NCBI GenBank assembly: GCA_963558245.1
Contig: CAUWGA010000004.1
Span: 3,198 to 67,197, forward strand
Direction: 5' to 3'
From: an uncultured Clostridia bacterium
Lineage (GTDB): Bacteria > Bacillota > Clostridia > TANB77 > CAG-508
Length of the DNA: 64,000 nucleotides
In this document: one piece after another, positions 1 to 8,572 of the stretch
How positions within the stretch are numbered: position 1 is the first letter of the stretch
How the letters are laid out: each line of letters starts with the position of its first letter
The notes under the pieces: generated by a model
What the model saw: the letters and a program-made list of their open reading frames with translations, nothing else
What the model was told of the DNA's origin: nothing
Databases searched by the model: none
Position numbers and translations under genes: made by a program

Positions 1-1
1 A

Positions 2-755
2 AAAATCAAAGCAAATTGCAATAAGGCAATTGAGAATATTCAAAATTCTAAAGATGATTTAGATGAAATAATGAATATTCAAAAATATAATTCAACAGTT
101 ATAGGAATACACAATTACTATCAAATCGCGACAATGGTATGTTGGGATTTAGGAAAAATCGCTTATGAAGTTAGTCGAACTATGTATATCAAGTTGAGAA
201 AAAGAGTAAATAGAAAATGTAATAAAGTAAATAAAAAAAGCTATGTATATGAACGTTATCGGAAAAAGTAAGCAAATAAGATATTTATCTGGGCAAATAG
301 TTGCTCCCCTTGGCTATGTTAGGCATAAAATTCCATTACAAGTATCGAATGATATAAATAAATATACAGTAGAAGGTAGAAAAGCTATTCATAAACAAAT
401 TAATCATATTGATACAGATATATTAAAACAATTACTAGAAAAACCTAATCCAAAAGCAAGTATTGAATATAATGATAATTTATTATCACTATATTCAGCC
501 CAAAAGGGTAAATGTAGAATTTGCGGGCAAAAATTAGAACTAGAAGAAATTTACTGTCATCATATAATACTAAAAGAATTTGGCGGAACTGATGAATATA
601 AAAATCTAATAATAGTTCATATAGATATACATAAATTAATACATAGTACAGATACTAACGAAATTACAAGGCTTATCTCTAAATTCAACTTAAATATAAC
701 ACAAATAGAAAAACTAAACAAATTAAGGAAAAAACTACAACTTGAATTAGTTTAA
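2..755 (+). CDS. Group II intron-encoded protein, C-terminal part (maturase/X + HNH endonuclease); needs a +1 shift at CGG 260-262, otherwise a pseudogene
   Basis: KYNSTVIGIHNYYQIA (X/maturase-like) and CRICGQK...CHHIILKEFGGTDEYKNLIIVHIDIHKLIH (HNH). The frame of ORF 71-271 is open back to nt 2. It overlaps ORF 243-755. Joining TAT-[C]-GGA at 257-263 gives ...YVYERY-GKSKQIRYL... Confidence 0.75.
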
Positions 756-798
756 CATTTGGAAATTATAAATATTATTACAATTATTAAAATGATGG

Positions 799-835
799 CA
801 CGCCGTATGAGCAGGAAACTCTCACGTACGGTGTA
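799..835 (+). ncRNA. Group II intron domain V
   Basis: CCGTATGAG-cag-GAAA-ct-CTCACGTACGG: a bulged helix with a GAAA tetraloop, matching the conserved CCGTAT...ACGTACGG domain V pattern, directly after the IEP stop. Confidence 0.75.
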
Positions 836-876
836 GAGCAGGGGAAAATCTAGAGATTATATCAAAGGATTACCTA

Positions 877-1227
877 TTGCTATACAGTGTAGTATTAACA
901 AAAACAAAAAAACAAGCAATAGATATACTTAGAAAAATAAAAAAATATTTAAAAGAAAAGTTAGAATTAGAACTAAATAAAAAAACACAGATTTTCAAAA
1001 GTAAACAAGGAGTAAATTTTTGTGGATATAAAATAAATGAATATAGACTAAAAATAAGAGATAAAGGAAAAAGAAAATTAAAAAATAAAGTAAAAAAATT
1101 AAAAAATAAAATAAAAGCAGGGGAATTAACATGTAAACAAGCATATAAATATTTAGCAGGACATTTAGGCTATATAAAAATAGCTAACACATACAATTTA
1201 GAAAATAAACTATTTTATAAAGAATAG
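877..1227 (+). CDS. Reverse transcriptase, C-terminal segment (DGR-type tail); apparent 3' exon of the intron-interrupted gene
   Basis: ...VVLTKTKKQAIDILRKIKKYLKEKLELELNKKTQIF..GVNFCGYKI is typical of the post-YxDD RT region. The ending AGHLGYIKIANTYNL resembles DGR RT C-termini. The frame is open upstream to about 841, and the TTG start given in the ORF track is probably not a real start. Confidence 0.6.
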   Translation: MLYSVVLTKTKKQAIDILRKIKKYLKEKLELELNKKTQIFKSKQGVNFCGYKINEYRLKIRDKGKRKLKNKVKKLKNKIKAGELTCKQAYKYLAGHLGYIKIANTYNLENKLFYKE

Positions 1228-1254
1228 AAAATAAATAGGGATAAATCGAAAACC

Positions 1255-1383
1255 TATAGCAATGCCAACAATCCTTGCGTGAAACGTGGGGGCAATTACA
1301 ACAACAGCAACAATTACACAAGTAATCGCAATAACAACAACACGAGCAACAGCAACGACAACAATGCTTTTAGACCACTCTAA
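1255..1383 (+). repeat. DGR template-repeat-like segment (AAC/AAT-rich)
   Basis: In frame it reads NANNPCVKRGGNYNNSNNYTSNRNNNNTSNSNDNNAFRPL*. This follows the RGG..NN...NRNNN...FR pattern of C-type-lectin-fold DGR variable regions, but nearly all variable codons are AAC/AAT. It lies immediately downstream of the RT stop. Confidence 0.6.
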
Positions 1384-1551
1384 TACAATTTTCAGATTAT
1401 ATATTTTAAGGAATATATACAGAAAAAGTATTAGTATTAAAGAGATTTATCCCTTCCTAATTTAGGTAAACACGAAACATTAAAATAATTATTAGTAAGA
1501 ATAAAAATCTAAAAATAATTATTTTAAAACTAAATAAAAGAAGGAATTTAA

Positions 1552-1800
1552 ATGAATAAAGTATTTGTATCAGGAACAATAATAAATGATATACAATATA
1601 ATTTTATATTAAATAATAAAGATATTGCCATATCAAAATTTAGATTAAAAATAAAAGAGGATATCATAATAACAATAATTGCCAAAAATGAAAAAGCAGA
1701 TTATTGTTATAAAAACTTAAAAAAAGGAAAGATAATATATATTATAGGGAAAATAACAACAAATGGAGAAATAGAAATAAATGAAATATTATACACATAA
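1552..1800 (+). CDS. Hypothetical small protein, weakly SSB/OB-fold-like N-terminus
   Basis: RBS aaggaa upstream; MNKVFVSGTIINDIQ resembles SSB N-termini. No firm family assignment. Confidence 0.4.
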   Translation: MNKVFVSGTIINDIQYNFILNNKDIAISKFRLKIKEDIIITIIAKNEKADYCYKNLKKGKIIYIIGKITTNGEIEINEILYT

Positions 1801-1840
1801 AAACATATAAATTGTACAAACTAATAAAAAGGAGGTACAG

Positions 1841-2140
1841 ATGGAAGAATTCAAAAAAAATCAATTAAAAAATAAAGATTTAATTCAATTATTATATTAT
1901 ATGCAAGGAGAAACAATAGACAACATAATAAAAAAATGTAACATAAAAATAAAAGACGAACTAAAAACAATAAACTTAGAAAAAATTATAGGAAACTCTG
2001 AGAATCCTAGGGAATTAAGAGAAATATTTAATGACATTGAAGAAAACTATAACATAAAGATAAGTAAATATAACGAAGAATTATATAAAACAGGATTTAT
2101 AGATGGAGCAAATTTAATGATAAATCTTTTGCAAAAATAA
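1841..2140 (+). CDS. Hypothetical helical protein
   Basis: Strong RBS aaaggagg 7 nt upstream of the ATG; no recognisable motif. Confidence 0.45.
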   Translation: MEEFKKNQLKNKDLIQLLYYMQGETIDNIIKKCNIKIKDELKTINLEKIIGNSENPRELREIFNDIEENYNIKISKYNEELYKTGFIDGANLMINLLQK

Positions 2141-2250
2141 CGTATAATTTTATTGAAAAATCCAATGTTTTTAGCCAATTTTACTTGCATATTTAGGCTA
2201 GTTTTAGTATAATACAAGTGTAGAAAAAACAAGGAAAAGAGGGAGAAACA

Positions 2251-4698
2251 ATGGAAGAAAGACAAGAAAGAAATGACGGAAAAATAATCGAAAGAGACAT
2301 TGAAAAAGAAATGAGAACAGCATATATAGATTATGCCATGAGTGTTATCGTTTCTCGTGCACTTCCAGATGCAAGAGATGGTTTAAAACCAGTGCATAGA
2401 AGAATTTTATATGCTATGCATGAAGATGGAATTACTGCAGACAAGCCATACAGAAAATGTGCTAATACAGTAGGTTCCGTACTTGGTAGATACCATCCAC
2501 ATGGAGATAGTTCAGTATATGATGCTATGGTTAGAATGGCGCAAGACTTCTCTATGAGATACATGTTAATTGATGGACACGGTAACTTTGGATCTGTCGA
2601 TGGAGACGGAGCTGCCGCAATGAGGTACACAGAAGCAAGAATGGCAAAAATATCTGCATATATGCTATCAGATATAGAAAAAAACACTGTAAACTTCATG
2701 CCAAACTATGACGACAGATTACAAGAACCAACTGTACTTCCAACAAGAATACCTGCACTTCTAATAAATGGTTCATCAGGAATTGCTGTAGGTATGGCAA
2801 CAAATATACCACCACACAATTTAAACGAAGTAATTGACGGAATTATTAAAATAATAGATGAGGACGAAGTTACTGACGAAGATTTAATGGGTGTTATAAA
2901 AGGACCTGATTTCCCAACAGAAGGACTTATTTTAGGAAGAGAAGGAATAAAACAAGCATATACAACAGGTAGAGGAAAAATCACTTTAAGAGCAGAAACA
3001 GAAATCGAAGAAATGAGCGGAAATAGACAAAGAATTATAGTTTCTTCATTACCATATCAAGTAAATAAAGCAAATTTAATAAAAGCAATATCAGATTTAT
3101 CTAAAGAAAAGAAAATTGAAGGTATTTCAGAATGTAGAGATGAATCAGATAGAAAAGATAGAGTAAGAGTTGTAATTGAACTAAAAAGAGATGCAAGACC
3201 ACAAGTTGTATTAAACCAATTATTTAAACATACACAAATGCAAACAACATTTGGAATTATAATGCTTGCATTAGTAAATGGAGAACCAAAAATTCTAACT
3301 TTAAGAGAATGTTTAAATTGCTTTATAGACCACAGAAAAGATGTAATTTTAAGAAGAACAAAATTTGAACTAGACAAAGCATTAGCAAGAGCCCATATTT
3401 TAGAAGGTCTAAGAATAGCTATAGATTACATTGACGAAGTTATTCAAATAATTCGTTCTTCATATGATGATGCAAGAGAAAGATTAATGGAAAGATTTGG
3501 TCTCACTGAAATACAAGCTCAAGCAATTTTAGATATGAGACTAAAAACATTATCAGGTTTACAACGTGAAAAAATCGAAGAAGAATATAAACAATTAATG
3601 GAATTAATCGAACATTTAAGAGCTATATTAGGTAGTGAAAAATTAGTATTTGATATTATCAAAGAAGAATTATTAGAAATTAAAGAAAAATTCGGAGATG
3701 AAAGAAAAACTAAAATAGTTGCTGCAGAAGGCGAAATAGACGTTGAAGACTTAATAAAAGAAGAACAATGTGTTGTAGCTTTAACACATTTTGGATATAT
3801 TAAAAGAATGCCAATAGATACATATAAGAGCCAAAGACGTGGAGGAAAAGGAATTACAGGAATTGCAACACGTGAAAACGACTTTGTAAAACAAATATTT
3901 ACAGCATCTACACATGATACAATTTTATTCTTTACAAACAAAGGTAAATTATATAGATTACGTGGATATGAAATTCCAGAAGCAGGAAGAACAGCAAAAG
4001 GAACAGCTATAGTAAATCTATTAAATTTGGAATCAGGAGAAAAAGTATCAGCAGTTATACCAATCCAAAACTTTGCAGAAGGTAAATACCTACTTATGGC
4101 AACAAAAAATGGACTAATCAAGAAAACAGCATTAAAAGAATATGACACAACTAGAAAAAACGGATTACAAGGAATAACACTAAAAGATGAGGACGAATTA
4201 ATTGGAGTACGTTTAACAGATGGAGAAGATAATGTAGTATTAGTAACTAGAAATGGATTATGTATTACATTTGACGAAAAAGATGTACGTCCAATAGGTA
4301 GAGTAGCACAAGGTGTTATAGGAATTAGACTAGATGAAGATGACGAAGTTATTGGTATGGAATCAGTAATAGCAGGAGGTCAAGCAACATTACTTGCAAT
4401 TACAGAAAACGGATTTGGAAAGAGAACTGAACTAGAAGAATATAGAGTGCAAAAAAGAGGTGGCAGAGGAGTAATTACTTACAAAATAACACCAAAAACA
4501 GGAAAATTAGTAGGAGTAAGAATTGCAACTGAAGAAGATGATGTTATGCTTATAACAGATTCTGGAACTATTATAAGAATTAGTGTAAAAGACGTTAGCA
4601 TATTAGGAAGATCAACACAAGGTGTTACATTAATGAGAACAAGTGACGGAGGAAAAGTAGTAAGTATAGAAACATTAACACCAGATATGAAAGAATAA
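2251..4698 (+). CDS. gyrA: DNA gyrase subunit A
   Basis: [44 protein letters not shown], and C-terminal beta-pinwheel repeats (RGGKG, GRTAKGT, GRSTQGV). Confidence 0.98.
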   Translation: MEERQERNDGKIIERDIEKEMRTAYIDYAMSVIVSRALPDARDGLKPVHRRILYAMHEDGITADKPYRKCANTVGSVLGRYHPHGDSSVYDAMVRMAQDFSMRYMLIDGHGNFGSVDGDGAAAMRYTEARMAKISAYMLSDIEKNTVNFMPNYDDRLQEPTVLPTRIPALLINGSSGIAVGMATNIPPHNLNEVIDGIIKIIDEDEVTDEDLMGVIKGPDFPTEGLILGREGIKQAYTTGRGKITLRAETEIEEMSGNRQRIIVSSLPYQVNKANLIKAISDLSKEKKIEGISECRDESDRKDRVRVVIELKRDARPQVVLNQLFKHTQMQTTFGIIMLALVNGEPKILTLRECLNCFIDHRKDVILRRTKFELDKALARAHILEGLRIAIDYIDEVIQIIRSSYDDARERLMERFGLTEIQAQAILDMRLKTLSGLQREKIEEEYKQLMELIEHLRAILGSEKLVFDIIKEELLEIKEKFGDERKTKIVAAEGEIDVEDLIKEEQCVVALTHFGYIKRMPIDTYKSQRRGGKGITGIATRENDFVKQIFTASTHDTILFFTNKGKLYRLRGYEIPEAGRTAKGTAIVNLLNLESGEKVSAVIPIQNFAEGKYLLMATKNGLIKKTALKEYDTTRKNGLQGITLKDEDELIGVRLTDGEDNVVLVTRNGLCITFDEKDVRPIGRVAQGVIGIRLDEDDEVIGMESVIAGGQATLLAITENGFGKRTELEEYRVQKRGGRGVITYKITPKTGKLVGVRIATEEDDVMLITDSGTIIRISVKDVSILGRSTQGVTLMRTSDGGKVVSIETLTPDMKE

Positions 4699-4723
4699 TA
4701 AAATAAAGAAATTTCATAATATA

Positions 4724-4767
4724 AAAACCCAATTATAAAACTTTTTTGTTTAGTAATTGGGTTTTTT
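4724..4767 (+). terminator. Rho-independent terminator after gyrA
   Basis: aaaacccaatta ... taattgggtttt stem followed by a T run. Confidence 0.8.
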
Positions 4768-4839
4768 ATATTATAAATAAAATTTTAAGTGAAAATATAA
4801 TAATAAATTAAATATGTAATACAATTTGTAATAAAAAAT

Positions 4840-5854
4840 TTAATTAGAAAATCTTTTAAAACGTAGATCTTCCCCAAAAAATCTATAAACATCATAATAT
4901 CCGATTAAACGAGAACCAATACGTTCTTCATAAATTCTAAAAATATCATTAATATTTAAATTTGTAGAAATAATAGTTTTTGTACTTTTATTATTTAAAT
5001 TTAAAATTCTAGTATTTAAAATTGTAAATAACTCACTAAGTTTCATACTATTTAAACTTTCAGTTCCAAGGTCATCTATGATTAATAAATCACAATTCAA
5101 AATAGAATTATAGATGTTTTCAGTAGAATTTTTATTCCTATTCATCTTGTAATCTATTACGCTTTCAAGAAGTATAGGAGCTGTTTGATAAAGAACTGTT
5201 TTTCCTTTTTTTAATAATTCAGAAGCAATACAGTTAGACATAAAAGTCTTACCGTAAACCGGTATTGCCTGTAAAAAGTAAATTTTTTTGATTTGCATTA
5301 TCAAAATTTTCTACAAATTCTTCACATTTTTTCTTAACGTTTAATATATTAGTCCTTGGAGAAATATTAAAATGATATTTAGCCAAATCAACTTCATCAG
5401 AAAACATATTAGGATTAAAAGTAGAAAAATTCTCTTTATCTAAACTAGACATATTAGATTTATTAAAAGAATAATCTAATAATTTTTGCTTTAAACAACT
5501 ACACATCTTCATATTATATCCGCCATCAGAAACATATCCTGTGTCATTACATATTTTACAGTCATAAGATGGCTTTAAATAATCAGAAGGAAGATTTAAA
5601 TCTTGTAAAATTTTTGCTTTTTCTAATTTTAAATTATTTACTCTGTTTTTTAATTCATCTTCATATAAATTTGTACCATTTTTTAAAATACTTTTTGCAG
5701 TAAAAATTGCAAAATTATTTAAATTATCTTCAATTTCTTTTAACCTAGGTGCTTTATTATAAAGTTCTTCTTTTCTTTTTTCTAAATCTAATTCAGCTTT
5801 TAATTTTTTTTGTGAATATTCTTTTAATAAAGAATTTAAAATTTCATCAGACAT
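4840..5854 (-). CDS. DnaC/DnaI-like helicase-loader ATPase; two frames joined by a +1 shift at CGG (5252-5254), otherwise a pseudogene
   Basis: N-terminal Zn-ribbon-like CKICNDTGYV...CSC. Walker A is split across the frames: ...LLFTGNTGL|R* in one frame and GKTFMSNCIA in the +1 frame. Walker B is LLIIDDLGTE. Confidence 0.75.
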
Positions 5855-6832
5855 TTAGTCCTCCTTATTAACATTATTAGCATAAAGAAAATCCAAATTA
5901 TCATATTTACGTTGTTCATAATTTGCTTTATGCACTTGTGCTTTTAATTCTTTAGTATTCTTTTCTTGTTTTTTTCTTTGCTCTAAAAATGCATTAATCT
6001 CAGAAGGTGTTTTTAATTTACGTTCGTGCCAATCAGTAATTATATTATTAATATATTCAAAAGTAGGGTTTTGTTTAAAAGTAGTTCTTTTTAATGCTAA
6101 TTCTATAATACTCATGTCATAACCAAAATTAGAAACCCAGTTTTCAATATAAGCTTCTTCGTATTGTGTTAATCCATTATATTTACCCAGTTTTTTTGCA
6201 ATAGATTTTTTCATTTTATTTAAAGCTTCTTGTTGTTCATAATAATTATCTAAATCATTATAAGTTTTAATTTTATTAGAAGCCCAAGCTTCAGCAACTG
6301 TTTGAACATAATTTCTATGTAAAGCACTTCTTTTATAGCAATAATCAAAAAGAGCTATCATAACTTGCTCATCAAAACAATATTTTCTAAACCATAAATC
6401 TATATCATTATACCAAGAGGGACCCATAATACCTTGAAAATATGTGTTATTAATATGCTCAATAACCTTTGATCTAGATTTATTTTTGGCTGTTTGTTCT
6501 ATTTTTTCTTTAGATAAACTCAAATTAGGTGAGTATAAATTATGAAGTGTTACTTCTTGTAAATCTACAATAATATAACCATTTGCTTTTTTAGTAACTA
6601 AATCATGTTCTTCTAAAAATTTCATTCCATCATTAATAGACTTTAAAGGAATATTTAATTTCTTTGACAAGTCTGTTAGTTTTATATCTTTGTTATATTT
6701 AGATAAAAAGATTAAATATAAATATATTTTTAGATAATCACCAGGTAATTCTGATAAATGTTCTGAAAAAAATATATCTGGAATAGTAGTTTCAGAAAAT
6801 AAAAGTGGTTTTTCATTTTGTTCTAATTTCAT
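5855..6832 (-). CDS. DnaD-domain replication initiation/helicase-loading protein (DnaB/DnaD type)
   Basis: Winged-helix-like N-terminus. Two DnaD-like repeats: MIALFDYCYKRSALHRNYVQTVAEAWASNKIKTYNDL and IIELALKRTTFKQNPTFEYINNIITDWHERKLKT. It abuts the DnaC-like gene. Confidence 0.75.
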   Translation of the reverse strand: MKLEQNEKPLLFSETTIPDIFFSEHLSELPGDYLKIYLYLIFLSKYNKDIKLTDLSKKLNIPLKSINDGMKFLEEHDLVTKKANGYIIVDLQEVTLHNLYSPNLSLSKEKIEQTAKNKSRSKVIEHINNTYFQGIMGPSWYNDIDLWFRKYCFDEQVMIALFDYCYKRSALHRNYVQTVAEAWASNKIKTYNDLDNYYEQQEALNKMKKSIAKKLGKYNGLTQYEEAYIENWVSNFGYDMSIIELALKRTTFKQNPTFEYINNIITDWHERKLKTPSEINAFLEQRKKQEKNTKELKAQVHKANYEQRKYDNLDFLYANNVNKED

Positions 6833-6895
6833 TATAATCTCTCCTAATTATTAATACATTTGCAAAACAAATTATAACTTTTTTAAACAAAAAAT

Positions 6896-7177
6896 TCAAG
6901 CTCTATAAAAATATAATTTTTGTTTAATAATAAATTCAAATAAATATTTCATTACACAAATAATACTTTCACCATGAAATCCGGAAAAACTAAAAAGTAA
7001 AAGAGGAAAACAAAGACTTATAAATATAATAACTTTTAAATTAATAGAATTGAAAAATAAATTTACAAATATAAAAACAATAATATACCAAATTAAATTA
7101 ACAAAAGCTGTTTGATAATCAATTATTCCTAGTATTTTATTCCTAAAATGATAATTTTGAGGAAAAATAAATTTCAT
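6896..7177 (-). CDS. Small polytopic membrane protein, PrgI/TcpE (VirB3-like) candidate
   Basis: N-terminal ...NKILGIIDYQTAF followed by hydrophobic helices; located in the T4SS-like gene string. Confidence 0.45.
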   Translation of the reverse strand: MKFIFPQNYHFRNKILGIIDYQTAFVNLIWYIIVFIFVNLFFNSINLKVIIFISLCFPLLLFSFSGFHGESIICVMKYLFEFIIKQKLYFYRA

Positions 7178-7304
7178 AAAACCTCCTTATCTTATATATT
7201 TTATTTGTTACAAGAAATATTTATAAAGTTATTAGTTTAGAAAAACAGAAATTTAATTATATGTAGTAACAAAAAATATATTAATATTATAATATTTTAG
7301 ACTG

Positions 7305-8183
7305 CTATTTTTTAAAACCACCAAAACTTTTCACAGTTTGTGAAATATTTGTGGAAACTCCTCCTAAAAATTCGCGTACAAATGAATTTGCTTTTATCAA
7401 AGAATAAATCCCACCAACATATATAAATTTATTAAATAAATTAGAAGAAGAAAAATTCAAAGAAAATAAAATCAACAACACTAAAGAAACGATAACTTGA
7501 ATAAACAACAGAGAAAATAAATTTTTAAGCCAAGACTTAAAAAACCAAGATGTAGAATCTAAACTAAGAGATAAAAAAGAAAAAGGTGCGAGCAAAACAA
7601 AAACTTTTATCATAATATATCTAAAAGAATAAGAAAAAACTAAATTTAAAAGAGACATACTTAAAGTTCCTTTTATTAAACCATCAATAGAAAAAATATT
7701 TAAAGTATTGGTATCTATAGCAATATTAGTATTTATTGTATTAATTAATTCAGAAAAACTAATATTTTTATGAAATAAACTTTTACCTAAATCTCTAATT
7801 GCAAGAGAAATATTTGAATTAAAGTCTAATAAAAATTGAACTATAAAAAAAGAACAATTCATACAAATACCAAAAATGATAATTTTAATAAAAAAGCTAA
7901 AAGGAGAATCAACTTTATTATAAGTAATGTGAGACATTAAAAATTTAGCAGCATAATAAATAATAAAACCTAAAAGTAAAGAGTTAGCAATTAATAAAAT
8001 ACCATTTGACGTTGAACTTCCAAAAATATTTTCAAAATTTTTATCATTTAAAATATTAGAATCAATAAAAGTAATTTTATCTAAAATCGAATATAAATTA
8101 TTATCTATAGAAGCAAAAAGGGTTTCAAAAATGCTATTAATAGTATCAATTATTGTTTGAGTAATATTAGTTTGATTTTCCAA
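7305..8183 (-). CDS. Polytopic membrane protein, VirB6/TrbL-like candidate
   Basis: About 6 hydrophobic segments, 292 aa, positioned between the pilin-like and PrgI-like genes. Function is inferred from context only. Confidence 0.45.
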   Translation of the reverse strand: MENQTNITQTIIDTINSIFETLFASIDNNLYSILDKITFIDSNILNDKNFENIFGSSTSNGILLIANSLLLGFIIYYAAKFLMSHITYNKVDSPFSFFIKIIIFGICMNCSFFIVQFLLDFNSNISLAIRDLGKSLFHKNISFSELINTINTNIAIDTNTLNIFSIDGLIKGTLSMSLLNLVFSYSFRYIMIKVFVLLAPFSFLSLSLDSTSWFFKSWLKNLFSLLFIQVIVSLVLLILFSLNFSSSNLFNKFIYVGGIYSLIKANSFVREFLGGVSTNISQTVKSFGGFKK

Positions 8184-8194
8184 TATAATCTCCT

Positions 8195-8533
8195 TTAAGA
8201 AACTAATGATTTAATAGCTTCTAAAATTAAGTTAATTGCTAATATAAAAGCATAAGAAAATAACGAACCCTTTATGATTTTTTTACCCATGCGTATTTTT
8301 TCTTCATCACCAAAACTAAACTTTTTCATAAATACACCACTACCAACAGCAACGGCAGCAGCAGGTGTTGCGATTTTTAAAAGCCAACTTTCAATACTTT
8401 CAAAAGCAGAATTAATTTTATTTACTATTGCAGGTTCACCCCAGCCATAACTTATATTTCCAAAACAAAGTAATGATATAGAGATAAAAATAATAACAAA
8501 AGTCATTGAAAATAATTTTTTTTTATATTTCAT
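8195..8533 (-). CDS. Small secreted two-TM protein, VirB2/TrbC pilin-like candidate
   Basis: Signal peptide MKYKKKLFSMTFVIIFISISLLCFG, then ATPAAAVAVGSGVFM and a C-terminal hydrophobic helix, the typical layout of T4SS pilins. Confidence 0.4.
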   Translation of the reverse strand: MKYKKKLFSMTFVIIFISISLLCFGNISYGWGEPAIVNKINSAFESIESWLLKIATPAAAVAVGSGVFMKKFSFGDEEKIRMGKKIIKGSLFSYAFILAINLILEAIKSLVS

Positions 8534-8572
8534 GTAATTCAGTCCTTTTATATATTTAGATTTTAGGAAAAT

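Larger units (their letters stand above)
1..870 (+). mobile_element. Group II intron, 3' portion (intron-encoded protein ORF plus domains V/VI); the 5' part lies upstream of the window
   Basis: The IEP reading frame is open from the window edge. A canonical domain V hairpin follows at 799-835, then a short domain VI-like stretch. The 3' splice boundary is only approximate (about 860-876). Confidence 0.8.

Noticed and set aside
2047-4148. Minus-strand ORFs inside gyrA (2047-2265, 2331-2699, 2706-2984, 3057-3377, 3519-4148)
   Set aside because: They are antisense to a confidently identified gene, with Ser/Ile/Phe-rich low-complexity translations and no RBS. This is a typical shadow-frame artefact.
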